From assembly GCA_963924565.1 (NCBI GenBank), contig OZ004613.1:9982001-10046000 (forward strand): a DNA stretch of 64,000 bases, in the 5' to 3' direction. This document shows positions 51,701-64,000 of the stretch, one piece after another. The notes under the pieces are model-generated. The model had not been told where the DNA came from and did no database searches. It saw only the letters and a list, made by a program, of their open reading frames with translations. A program made the translations under genes and the position numbers. Position 1 is the first letter of the stretch. Every line of letters starts with the position of its first letter. The DNA is from Ascidiella aspersa (lineage: Eukaryota).

Positions 51701-54700
51701 ACGTAACAGTGCATGACAATTGAAGGCGTGGTATGCCTGTGATAGACTGTTGTGGTATTGCTAAAAAAAACAAATAAATGTTACAAAACAAATTATTAGA
51801 ATGACAGTATTTTTTTAGATATATTTTTGTTGGGGGGATCATGACCCCCTTGTGTCCTTGCTTCGCCTATGGACAAGCTGCGTGTTTCACACGACTGTGT
51901 GTGTCTTTGATTAATGGCAAAGCGACAGCCTTAATTTGAAACTTAGTCGATGTAAAGTAGAAATCACACTATTTCTGTATATTATTGGTATTTAACACTT
52001 TTAGTCACAATCTATCAATTTATCAGCATTTAGGTCTTGTATAATTGGATATGTTCAATGGTAATGTACAGTAAAGTGTTATGATCGCTTTAAGCAAATT
52101 TTGGCTCTTAAAATGCAAACTCTTTATCAAATAAGGTTTATTTAAAGTTTAAACGTCCATTAAAAAAGCTTCGATCGAACGCTGTAATTTTGATTGACAG
52201 CTCGCAACCCTTGCCACAACATCAAGTGCGGGCCCTACTCTACCTGTCAACCGAACGGCAAGAAGGGATACCGATGCGTGTGCAACGCCGGTTACGTTTG
52301 GGCCGGAAACGCGTGCAAGCGTAAGTCTAAGAAATTTGCTTCACTACTTATAAAGTGTTGCTCAACTTTGGCGACCTAATTTTCTTCACTGAGTTTTTGT
52401 GGGTGAATAAAACATTTAGGTTCACTATGCACGGATCTGTAATGCAGCTTGATAATAAATTTCAAAGCCAAAATGATGATTTTGATTTGCTCGACCTTTT
52501 TGACTCTGAAATTCATTATTACCCCAAATAAAACATTAGTATAAATAATTTCGTGTATAATTAATGTGGTCACTTATTCCTATTTGTCCTACTAATGTCG
52601 AAGAAATCTTGCTCTAAACCGATTTTAATACGTCTAGCTATGTGAGCTACATCAGCGACCCGACCAAACTAAATGGGACCTAATTTTGGGCCGAAAGCAA
52701 TAGGGTGAGAAACACTGCTTTAGAAGTCGGTACAAAAGGTGCACAAACTACTACCAAAAGTTTTTTAATTGTTAAGTTGTTTTATTGTGATGAATCGATC
52801 AGCGTCGGATATTTCCTTCGCGTGGTTTAGAGCTTATATAGCTTTTTTTTTCTTTGTCACATTAACTGCTGTTTCATTGAACAACCGTGACTTCAGCTTG
52901 TTATATTCTCACCACAGATGCCGATCCATGCCACAACATTAAGTGTGGTCCCTACTCTTCCTGCAAAGCCAACGGCAAAAGGGGATACCAATGCGTTTGC
53001 CAGGACGGATATGTAAAAGGACCAAATGGCGTTTGCAAAAGTAAGTTAAACGCATACGGGAAATAGCCGAATGGTCGGCATAATAAAAAAAATGTCATTC
53101 TCTATAACCAACTTTTTTTTTTCTACACATTATGCAGGGTTGTACTTAAAGGTTTTAAAGCCGTGCTAATAAAATTGGCTTAACATATGCTTGAATGTCT
53201 GTCGCCTTTTTAATACGATCAGAACAATAGACATGGAAATTTTGGCATAACTATCACGATCCTTCGTGAAACCCAATTGATCGAGCTACAAATAATTCCC
53301 TACAATGGTGCAAAATGGTATTTTGTGAGAAAATTTGACTGTTAGCAGTATATTGATAACCGGCGAACCATTGTGTGCTGCACTTACTATAAGTTTGTAA
53401 GCGATTAGCTTTAAAGTCAGCCGAACAACATTCGTTGTTTTTTTAAGGTGTTTTGGATTTCAAATTTCTCCAGCGGTTTCCCAAATTTTGGACTTGCAAC
53501 TTTTTGGTATTTAAATGAAACACTTGCGGTTTCTTAAAACTACTTAGCGGTCACCCAAACCAAACCTTAAAAAAAAACTGATAACGTTGTTTACAAAATG
53601 TAACTTTTCACGTGCAGATAGCGACCCCTGTCACGGCCGTACCTGCCCGAAAAACTCCGTGTGCCAGTCGAACGGAATAAAGGGATACCGTTGCGTCTGC
53701 ACTCAAGGATACGTCAAGAGGGGATACGCGTGCTTACGTAAGTTAAACGGATCCCGTCTACTGAAATCTCGATTGTAACGACCAAAAGAGGCGATAGGTC
53801 TGCGGTGCAACAATGTGAAGTGTTCGTTCTGTGCACAATTTAACTTTAACTGCAAGTCGAAAACGTTTTAAGAGTGTATGAAAACTTAGAATGTCGCATT
53901 CTTACTTTGTTTACAAACATTCCGGTTTAATATATAAATTTTGCTATCCGGCATAGTAATAATAATAAACAACACCTTCTCTGGTAATTGTAATTGTTAA
54001 CCAACGTTTAGGCAACCTATTCAAACCACCTTTTTCAGGATTTACGCTTGTAAGTGAATATAGCATTACAGGGTTCACACTGAAGAAGGCGATTTGAATA
54101 CTTTGCCGAAACGTTGGTTAACAATTACTATTACCAGAGGAGCTGTTTTAAATTATTACTCCGGTTTAATCTTCAACAAATATCACTTCTTAGACGTAGG
54201 TTGTGGCTACGAATTAAATTAATATTTTAAATCTTTATTTAAATTTTTAGCCAAAGACCCTTGCCATGGACGCAAATGCCCTGCCCATTCGACTTGCCAG
54301 GCGAACGGAAAGAACGGATATCGTTGCGTATGCTCGGACGGATACGTGCCAACCAATTACGGATGCAAAAGTACGTTAACGGAGATCGGACGTTATTGTT
54401 TTCGAACTTAGCAAGTCATTATGAAATAACTTAAGTCGAAGTCAAATATTTTTGATTTAATGATAAGGCAAGTTCCAGTCGAGTCATAATTAGAACAAGT
54501 CTTTTAAGTCCCGCCCTTGCCATAAAAATGAAACGTTAAATGATGGGAAATGGTAAACTCGCACGATTGAGAAAACACTTCTTTTCAACCAAAGTTATTT
54601 TTAAAAACACTTAAGTTAAGTCAAGTCATTTCGCCCAAAATATTTAACTCAAGGCAAGTCATATAAAAAAAGTCACTTAAGTGAGCAGTGTAATTCTGAG

Positions 54701-57700
54701 GAGTCCGTAAGATTGGGGTCATATAGAGATCTGCGACTAGCGCAATTTAAACTATACATTTATGTAAAAGCTATAAAATGTATCTAAGAACCGACGCCGT
54801 TTTGTTACAGAGGTCAACCCGTGCGACAACATTAACTGCGGCCCCTTCTCCTATTGTCAACCACAGGGTAAGAAGGGCTACCGGTGCGTGTGCAACGACG
54901 GATACGTCCAGACCGGACACGGAGGTTGCAAACGTACGTATGCGCAGGGAACTTGAAGTTTTATTCTTGTGAAAATAATTTGAAAAACCTTTGAGTAATA
55001 AGTATTTTTATTAGGGCATTATATTTTCACACAGATTCAAAACGCAACTAAGAAATAAAATAAATAATAATGAGTACCGTTATGTTTTGTTCTCGTTATT
55101 GTGGCAACCTGTATTGTCCAAAATCAATTTTCGTCACGAAAAATAGACATTTGCTCTGGTAGAACTCTACAAAGCTACTGTATTGATATGAAAAAGTGTG
55201 ACCTTTCAAAGGTTTAATTTTCTGTGTGAAAGCTACCGTTCAGTGATTTCTCAATTATTCTAAAATCGTATAAAACATGATTTACAACAGATTCCGACCC
55301 ATGCCACAACATTAAGTGCGGTCCATACTCTTCATGCCAAGCCAATGGAAATAAGGGATACCGATGCGTTTGCCAGGACGGATATGTTCCCTCTGCATCT
55401 GGATGCAAACGTAAGAACGTGAAAGTTTGGGTTTTAATATAAAAAGCTTTTGGTGGAATCAAGTTGTAAAAATTTCAAAACCAGTGTTTTAAGTAAAAGT
55501 TTAGCTTGCAGTAATATAAATTAATTAGCTAAACAAATCAATTCATGTATAGAATCAAAATTTCCAATATTACACTACTATATTAGATATATATGGCCGT
55601 TAGCTTTCGTACTTAATATCAATTGTTTTGTTGCAGATGCCGATCCATGCCATAACATCAAGTGTGGCCCCTATTCTTCCTGTCAATCCAACGGCAAGAG
55701 GGGATACCAATGCGTGTGCCAGTCCGGATACGTAAAAGGACCAAACGGCGTTTGCAAACGTAAGTCGACGGAAGTTTATTCTACTAGGAAATATTAACAG
55801 CTAAACCACGTAGGCCTTTCAGGTGTAGAAACACATGTGTAAAAAAGGTTCAGTGATAAACATACTTAAACTATATTACTTATAATAGTGTTGTTCTACA
55901 CTCCACACTATAGGGTCAGTGATATTTTGCTCATTTTTACATCAGAAAACACTTAATTGGATTGCGCCAATGTCGTCGTAACAACTAAGCTATACGTGTA
56001 GAACTTAGATGTTTGTGTAGACAGGTTTATAGAAAAGGGTAATTAACATACCGGAACAACATTTTGTTTATAATACCTTGGTTTTACAGGGCCTTTTTCA
56101 CCTTGTACATCAGTAAAATACATGGATTACGCCAAAGTCAACTTACAATAACGGGTTTTATCAATTTTGCTTTAGATGCCGACCCTTGCCACAACATCAA
56201 GTGCGGCCCATATTCTTCATGTCAAGCCAATGGAAAGAGGGGATACCGTTGCGTTTGCCAGGACGGATACGTCCCTGCTGCATCTGGATGCAAACGTAAG
56301 TCTATAAAATACATGTATAAACAATTAACATAGTTTAGGTAGGAAAAAATAGGGTAGAAAAAGGACGAAGGAAAGGCATTGCGATACTGAATCTATCCGT
56401 TCTAAATTTAGACCTAATTGCTTTTTGTAAGAAAAAACTTCTTGAAAGCGAGAGTTATCTTTCTCCTATTACTTTTTTATATTTAGGATTGAATATTTTA
56501 AATGACATTAGATCAAGGAAATTGAGGTTAGATTGCGTAGGCCTATAAACTCGTCCGATTATTATGAGAAATCCAAATGTCGCAGAAAATAAAGATAAAG
56601 AACCCCATTTTATAAAAAATGTCCAAAATACTTAAGTCAAGTCAAGTCTATTGAAAACAGTGACTTAAGTGCATTCGAGACAAGTCGTTGACTTGAGTCA
56701 TTATAACATTGCCTAACAGTCAATTTTACTTCAGATGCCGACCCATGCCACGACATCCAGTGTGGTCCTTACTCGACGTGTCAAGCAAACGGCAAAAGGG
56801 GATACCAGTGCGTGTGCCAATCCGGCTACGTCAGAGTCGGAAATACAGGGTGCAAAAGTAAGTTGTGTTTTGAAACCAGGTTAAGAATCCCAACTTCAGA
56901 GCAGATGATTTTATACTTCTGTTAAAGCCTTTGGTTTGGTTAGAAATGTTTAACACCACACAGCACTATAATCTGAATAATGGATAATGGGGTGTGACAT
57001 TTTTTGGGGGGGAAATTTAACACATATCGGAAATAAATACTATTTTTGGCCTACATACGGGGCTACATAACATATGGACCATAACTGATCATTTGCCTAA
57101 GAAATTTGCACTTTAAGACCTATTAAATTTATTAGCTACAAAATATGTTAAACATGTATTTTCAAACAAAAAGATTAACTAAAATGAAAGTTGAAACCCT
57201 GGGTAGAAGGTTTAAAAACTGCGTTATTATTAATACTTCTATATACTTCTACAAAAACAATCCTCTGTAAAAAGAAACTACTGTTTCTGTGCTTAACTTG
57301 TGTTTATAATATTTTGAGTTTATTTGTTAACAGCTAAAGAGAAGCATAAATTAGCTGGCGCTTTACAAGAGTCTGATGGCTTATAGTCAACAATAAACGA
57401 TCTTGTATTATGTTAGGAAGCTGTAAGCTAAATTTTTCGTCCAATTAACAGACGCTGACCCTTGCCACGCGGCCAAATGCCAGAAAAACGCCGTCTGCAA
57501 GCCCAACATCAAGGGATTGTACGGCTACAGGTGCGTCTGCAAGAAGGGATTTGTACCCGGCTACGGTGGACAGTGCAAACGTGAGTGTAACCTTAGATGT
57601 TCATTGCCCCTTGATTTTTTTCTTTGCCTACCCGACACATCTCGTGTGCATAATACTGTATAGTGTATATACCACAAAGTGGAACACAAATGCACAAAGT

Positions 57701-60700
57701 GGAATACTTAAGAGAGTGATGCGACTTGTTTCTGTTTTTCCATAAAACGTGTTTTTCAGGGCAGAAACCCCTTATTAGCACATGGCGGTTGAGAGTAGCC
57801 TGCGTGCAGCTAATAAACATAAGAAGTGCGTAATCGACTTTAAAAAACGGGACCTTCAAAGTTGTTTAAAAATTTTTGACCACATAATGCAATACTTTCG
57901 AATAAGAAAACTCAATGTGAAAGTGAGGCCTTAAGTCAAAAAAGCTACGAACACTTTTGACAACCAGTAAAGTACAATTGTTATTTGTTTGCCTTCTTTA
58001 GCTTACGACCCATGCAGAGATGCCCGTTGTGGTTTCTATGCCACATGTACTGTTTATAACGGCAAGGCCAAGTGCGTGTGCAGAGACGGCTACATACAAA
58101 CCAGCTACGGATGCAAACGTAAGTTGTCGACACGATACGAAGGAAAAACTTACAACAGCAAAACAGACTGTGTACATAATGGAATAATTCAAATTAAATA
58201 CGCTGGACCAAGGTTTACCAAAACCATTGCAGCCCCGGGAAACATAACCAATAACCATACTAACATGCAGGCTTTTTGTTCTATTTACTTTGAAGCTCAG
58301 GGCCTGCGTTCAGTGAACAGTTGCTTAGCTATTTTAACTTAAGGTTTTGTGCACAGGTCCCGACCCTTGTGAAAACAACGACTGTGACAAGCACGCCGTT
58401 TGCAAAACCTGGGGCAACTCATACAAGTGCGTTTGCAAGTACGGATGGGTGGGAAACGGAAAACAATGCAAAAGTAAGTGGTGAAATCACGTTCATATAT
58501 AGTTGCTATTGCATTAGATAAATTCTTTTCTGCTCTTATTGACCACAGAAAAGCTATCGGTTACAATGTACTCATAAAACTTAAAAACGTACAGGAATTT
58601 GAACATTGGACGAAATAGTTTGGTCAGAAAGATTTGTTTTTTTAAGGGGCTATGTAGGTTTTACGTTAACGATTGACCGTGGCTTTAAAGTTACTTTTGA
58701 ATGTATGTAAACTGTTATGGCAATGTTAGCTGAAAAATTTTAGTACTATATCATGACCTAATTGGTATCGCTACACAAAACATTTATCAGAAAGTCCGAA
58801 AGTTTTAAACTGAATGCTGCACGCAATTTTTTCGCAGCTAACCCATTTAAATATCGTTTGTTCTCGCATTTTTGCTTGCCATGGGTTTAGCCTGCCGCCA
58901 ACCATTTGTTTCATTTGCCACGCAGGACCAGACCCGTGCGCCAAGGCCCACTGTTCCGATCATGCCGTGTGCACCCCTCTCAGCTACTCGACATACCGGT
59001 GCACTTGCAAGCCTGGATTCCTCGGCAACGGATTCAAATGCAAAAGTAAGTTAATACTGGCAGATTCTGAGCGGAGTTGGATTGTTTTTGTAGCGCGACG
59101 AACGTATCGCGTATTCCGAACAGCGCGTTCTAGATGTGATCAGAGGAAAAGTAGATAGTTTTGCCATTTAATCAAAATATCTCAAACTTTACGTTAACCT
59201 GTATTCTGAACATAAAACTGATTACTGCTTTGCAAGCATTTATACAGCACATCTCAAACCAATAAGAATGTAAGTGCCAAATAAACAACCCTGGAGGACA
59301 ATATGACGGTTCACAATGGGTATAAACTGGACTGCCAACCTCAAATACGCCCCTTGAAACCCTAACCTGGAGTATTATTGGCAGTTCAAAGCAGCAACTT
59401 TGGGCTGACATTGTTTCATATCATCGATAGCCAAGAAAACTAGGCTATATATTTTCCTTGCACAATACGTGGCTGATAATGGGTGCAAATGGAAGGAACT
59501 TAATATCACACCGGCTTTAAAAAAATAGATTTCCCTAAAGTCCAATTCAAACAAGGTTAACTTAATCGCAACTAAAGAATAAAAAAAATTAGCTTGCCAA
59601 AAAGATTCACCCGACCGTTTCTCTTGCAGAGCCTGACCCCTGCCGCGTCTGCAGCCCCCATGCAATCTGCCATAAGCAGCCAGGCAGCTACCAAGTCAAG
59701 TGCATGTGCAAGCCAGGCTACGTCGGATCCGGCCGCTATTGTTCAGGTTGGTAACGCGAGATGGTTTCGTTTTAAAGGAAAATATAGTGGCCGCCAAAGT
59801 GGGTGGATTTTTGTTTTACATTTATGAATGAAACCAGCAAAAATGAGCGTGAAAAGGAACAAAGGATGCCAGTAAATATAGAATTAAAATAAAACGGAGA
59901 GAGATTTTGATCATGCAGTGAAAATGTGTAAAAAGTTTTAAAATACGCAGATAACTGCTAAGTTTGTTTTATATTAGCTGCGTTTCTTTAAAGCATGAAA
60001 CAACACATTTTTATATGAAAAAAATGCAAAACTAAAGCGTGGCCCTGTTTTCCAAACTCCGAGTGTGATTTTTTTCATTTTTACAAACTAAAAATAATTA
60101 CCTCACACCAGTGAGGGGAGTAATTAAAAGAAAACGCAAAATGATGTTCATTTACCACCAGGCCATCCCGCTATCTCCTATAATGTATTTAAACTAATTT
60201 CAGTTGCATACTTCATCGAAACGACAACCTCGGGTTACTTGTTTAGACGTTCTGTTATGCCTGAAAAGCGTCAGGTGTCCCAGTACTAAAACCTATTCTA
60301 CTTTTACCTAGCCTCGCCCCTAAAGTTCGGTACAGCTTGGTGGGTTGCGAAACAGTGCATTTTTTTCTTTTTACAGTCGATCGTTGCTACCATTCGAATT
60401 GCAACGAACACGCGGTGTGCATTCCAAACGGGCTGTTCGGATACACGTGTCGATGCAAGGCCGGTTACTACGGCAACGGACGCTACTGCTCACGTAAGTT
60501 ACCGACTGTGCCAGTGCGCATGCGCAAACATGTGCACGGCAACCTCTTTAACTAAAAAATCACAAAATATGAATCGGTTATTTTAGGTTCTGTGTGACAC
60601 GATGTGGCCATTTATGGCTTTCCATATAAGTATGTTAAGTAACTTGTTTTTATGCGCGTCATCATGTCGCCGAACATATATACAGCCAAACATGGAAATA

Positions 60701-63355
60701 TTGCAGCGTTCTCTTGGCAACACGCCAACTATTTGGTTTCTAGTGGCGCTGGCGCCTGAATAAGTTCTAACATTTCTCGAAAGTCCTGTTCTAAAAACAA
60801 GTTCAAAGAAAGCATGATTTGACAAGAATGACAAGTAGACTTAGAGAAGAATGACAAGTATAGCCTTCTTACACGAACAGGCACGAGACGAAAAAAATCG
60901 AGGCCACTTTAAAACGCGTCAATCCCCTCTCCAAAAATCTTCATTTTTTTTTTAACCAGCCAACGCAACTTTTTTTAGATGAAGCATCTCCTTTAACCCG
61001 AAAACTACAGCGTTTTAGTACAGCCAGGTAATCTGGCCTAATAGGTGCAGGCACCGCCATCCGCAAATCGAGATATATTTAACTAAGCGCACATGTTGGT
61101 GACAGGCGCTCACAAAAACAAAGGCCAAATTTCGGGCACGTGCCACGATTTGTTTACTTCGCGACGGGAGTGTCAATGGCCTAAGCACTTGTCATCTCTC
61201 TTTTAGCACACATATACGCCATTGAGCTTAATCTGGACTCCTTCTTAAGTCGCCCAGCCCTGTCAGTTTATGGCTTACGTTGCGGTTGTTAATTGCTGTG
61301 GCGCGCAGTCGCAAAATTACAAGACACCGAAGAATGGCGGGTTCCGTGCGGTTTAAAATGAACGGCTTATTTCAAGCCGTGTAAGTGCGGACGATGGCGT
61401 GTGCTTTAATTATAGAACGACAGAATCCTTAACCATAACTTGGGCTAGACAAAAGATAAAAGCTAATTTTTAAAAAAACTTAAAGCTAATTCCAACAAAA
61501 TATAAGTTTGTTCTTGAGTTAACTTATGTAGCATGCTCTGTTGACTCATTGTAACAAAGCACCCCGCCTTAAGTCAAACAGTAGTTTTGTATGTAAACAA
61601 GTTTAAAGTAACCTTTTTAACAATAAGTTTATTAGGACCTGCTAAATTCCAACAAAAATATATTTTATTAGTTTGGCTTTTCCATCACGAGCAATTGATC
61701 AATCGATGGCCTTAGGTTTATTGAAATAACACCTCTACCGAACAAAGTGACTGATGACATTTTAATGATTGCATAAATTTAGCTGCACTAAACAAGCACA
61801 TTGACGGAATTGCTTGTAGTCACCACGACAATGCATCGGGATAGAAACCAGTTGTCGAAATTGCTTTTAATTTTGACTATTGGGGCTAGTAAACAGATGT
61901 ATAAATATTAATTTTAATTTCCACGCTACAAGCATAATATGACTTTATGGTCGACATGATGTTATTATTTTATTTATTTATGACGGCGTAATTCTGATCT
62001 AAAAAAGCTCTCTTGAATCACGTAATTGTGTGTTTATTTGGGTTGGCCGTTTCAACATGAATATACATGCCAAAGTCTTACGTCAACGTAACTATACAAG
62101 GAATCTTAATTAAAACCGGCGGCGAAGCGTATGTTTTTAGTCTAATCTGATCGTGATTTGCGATTACAAGCTGAATTATTTCTGGACGTGACCCTTACGG
62201 CGCTTTGGCGCTTCTAGCGGCTATTGTATGCGATGCGGAGTTGCTTCATATATAGTTGTGTAATTAAACGTGTAATCATTCTTCCATTCTCATTTTACTC
62301 ACTTTGTACTTCATCCTTTACTGTTTTAGGTTACGTAGTTTAAGCTTCCCTTTTTAACGGTCTATATTACTTTGAAGATTGCATAATCTTGGTCCTTAAA
62401 TACAAAACAAGATTGCTTCACTTGCAGTTTCAGATCAATGTTTTTTGTTCCCGGCGGGGTTTGAGATGAAATGATATTACGTTTAATTGAATTCCCGACA
62501 AGCTTTCGCACAACCGTGCTTCATCACGTCAAGCTTTATTTATATACTTTGACCTAATGAAGCACAGTTGTCGGTTGTGCGAAAGCTTGTCGAGAGTTAC
62601 AGTTTGTCTTTACATATTGCCTTTACATATTGCCACCTTATTCCTCTATTTAGAATTATACCAATACGACCATTTAGAAAGATGCATTTAATTGCAAATC
62701 TATTTGCATTTAGAGAATAAGATTGGAATGTATTTTAACTATAGTGTATTAGTTAACGTCATGCTATAGGCACAATTCAGCAAATTACTGCTTGACATGC
62801 ATTTCCTGTTCTTCTCCTGTCAATAGTGTCCTTCGACAAACATAGAACCCTTTATTGTGTATTTTCAGAACCAAACAACAGTTGTAAGGGCAGATGTAAC
62901 AACAGCTACTCCAAAGGAAGCCATTGCCAATGTACTTCGAAATGTTCCAAGTACAACAACTGCTGCGCGGATTACAAGAAATTCTGTAGGTTTTCCACAA
63001 TTACCAAGTCTAAAGTAAAAAAATAGAATGCAACGAAAAGGTGGCTATCAAGAAAGTACTACTTGACACCTCAGCGTTTTGAACAAAGCGTGACTAATTG
63101 CAAATAACGAAGTATAGATTGGTGAAACTCTATGTGACGTCAAAGCCTACTAAACGTGTTAAAATATTATCTTGACACATTGTTAAAGGTATATGGACTG
63201 CCACGAACGCAACCTTCATGTTAACTATCCCGACACATTAAACGCTTGTAATGATGCACAACTTCACCCGAATACATTAAGATGTTTAGTTACAAAAACA
63301 ATAAAACTGTATTTTATTATTTGCAGGCGGCAAAGGCTACGGATACCAGTGGTAA
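42775..63355 (+). CDS. Secreted tandem-EGF (24x) + somatomedin-B protein, ~1055 aa, adhesive-plaque-matrix-protein-2-like composition; exons 42775-42853, 43359-43490, 44069-44224, 45394-45531, 46675-46785, 47475-47591, 48708-48824, 49915-50040, 50908-51024, 51326-51445, 52201-52320, 52918-53040, 53618-53737, 54251-54370, 54811-54933, 55291-55410, 55637-55759, 56176-56295, 56735-56857, 57452-57580, 58002-58118, 58357-58473, 58926-59045, 59630-59746, 60377-60493, 62869-62985, 63327-63355
   Basis: Signal peptide MRVATILSVAVLCCAHLSNA. All internal exons are phase 1-1, GT-AG and a multiple of 3; exons 2-25 each encode one EGF (e.g. DPCHNIKCGPYSSCQANGKRGYRCVCQDGYVPAASGCK). SMB domain SCKGRC..CQCTSKCSKYNNCCADYKKFC; stop after GKGYGYQW; total 3168 nt; no TM segment. 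Confidence 0.92.
43548..43802 (+). repeat. Diverged intronic direct repeat (~95 bp, period ~160 bp)
   Basis: caacaaa..tgatttgtgtt..aattgctcc(t)tagaataaa..taacgtt.aggt occurs twice. Confidence 0.7.
47087..47244. mobile_element. Small TTAA-flanked MITE (Kolobok-like)
   Basis: ttaa|aggataaattcggacaggctattaccgaaat ... atttcggtaatagcctttccgaaggtacccg|ttaa: ~30-bp imperfect TIRs with TTAA on both sides. Confidence 0.65.
50240..50600. mobile_element. GACTT/AAGTC-repeat element (intronic)
   Basis: Starts cagtgttgtaatgacttaa; aligns with the 26302 copy; right boundary approximate. Confidence 0.75.
51461..51871. mobile_element. hAT-like MITE inserted 15 bp downstream of a splice donor
   Basis: Imperfect TIRs caatggcgtag / cttcgcctatg; TSD tacaagct / gacaagct (7/8); subterminal G/C runs. 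Confidence 0.7.
53932..54159. mobile_element. Fold-back insertion with hammerhead-like core (Penelope-like remnant), flanked by an 11-bp direct repeat
   Basis: Inverted arms at about 53956-54038 and 54080-54159; CTGAAGA-a-GGC..GCC-GAAA-CGTT at 54080-54115; tccggtttaat at 53921-53931 and 54160-54170. Confidence 0.7.
54410..54690. mobile_element. GACTT/AAGTC-repeat element fragment (intronic)
   Basis: aagtc pentamer clusters and ggtaaactcg motif; boundaries approximate. Confidence 0.6.
56490..56711. mobile_element. GACTT/AAGTC-repeat element fragment (intronic)
   Basis: aaactcgtccgatt motif, aagtcaagtcaagtc, terminus gtcattataacattg. Confidence 0.65.
62490..62598. mobile_element. Fold-back insertion with mutated hammerhead-like cores on both arms
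   Basis: Arms cgacaagctttcgcacaaccg / cggttgtgcgaaagcttgtcg; sense gac-CTAATGA-a-GCACA..TGTGC-GAAA-GCTT-gtc. Confidence 0.7.
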
Positions 63356-64000
63356 ACTCTTCAATGCAACGCCTTTGGCCATTCCACCCACCCAATCAGT
63401 GTTCAGTAGCCGAAAAACTATTGCCTATTTCGCTTATTAATCGACAATCGTACTGTTTTTCGTACCTAAATGCTGCCCTTGTTTGAATCTTTGATTTTTC
63501 AACTTGATCCATTTTTATTTTTTGTTTTCCGTATATATCCAGAAAAAATATAGCTCAAACTTTGTTAAAACTCATTTGACGACGAGATTTCGCCTGCCTA
63601 TAAACAATAACTAAATAAGCAATTGGTTTTGTAATGTGTATAATACATCAGTTCGTTTTCGGGAGATTTGCAAATATAATAAACTTCCCTTGTTTATGCC
63701 GTTTGCAAATGCAATTGATTTTTCTAAAAAACTAGGTAGATAGAATATGCAAGATCAGGTAAAGTCCCTCTTAAGATGTATATTCTTACTTTTTTGTGGA
63801 CCTGTTGTATTTTATCGTTGTTGAAAAGATATCCAAAGTATTAAAGCAAACGGTTTCAGAAAGGATAGACTTGAAAATTTGGTGCGAGGAAAATTACCAG
63901 ATTGCACTTTGATGAGGCAATAGCCAATCAGCGGCGATGCCACATGCTTTTTTTATCACGCAATTAAAGCAATCAGCACTTTCGGGCAGACGTTTGTTTC

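Noticed and set aside
60979-61027. Exon-like 49-nt segment in the long EGF-SMB intron
   Set aside because: Not a multiple of 3 and not EGF-like; at most a poison exon.

Overview
AT-rich animal genomic DNA with GT-AG introns; an ascidian/tunicate origin is inferred from gene content, not shown. Three genes can be assembled by hand. (1) A 9-exon PAQR9/membrane-progestin-receptor-like gene (+, 9557-16255, ~365 aa), whose 5' ~1.7 kb with two coding exons is duplicated ~8.5 kb upstream. (2) A GPCR (-, main exon 24347-20008) with ~22 LDL-receptor class A modules joined directly to an LGR/RXFP/GRL101-type 7TM, with no leucine-rich repeats and almost all of it in one GC-rich 4.3 kb exon. (3) A 27-exon secreted protein gene (+, 42775-63355, ~1055 aa): signal peptide, 24 one-exon-per-domain EGF repeats (acidic first, then Lys/Tyr/Gly-rich), a somatomedin-B domain and a GKGYGYQW tail. 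Its composition resembles mussel adhesive plaque protein mfp-2, and its promoter has E-box, GC-box, kappaB and TATA motifs. Non-coding DNA holds many non-autonomous DNA transposons (hAT/Buster-like, P-like, Kolobok-like), several tandem duplications, and three fold-back insertions around the EGF gene that each carry a minimal hammerhead-ribozyme-like core of the Penelope type. All gene models come from splice-site and phase reading by eye, without transcript evidence.
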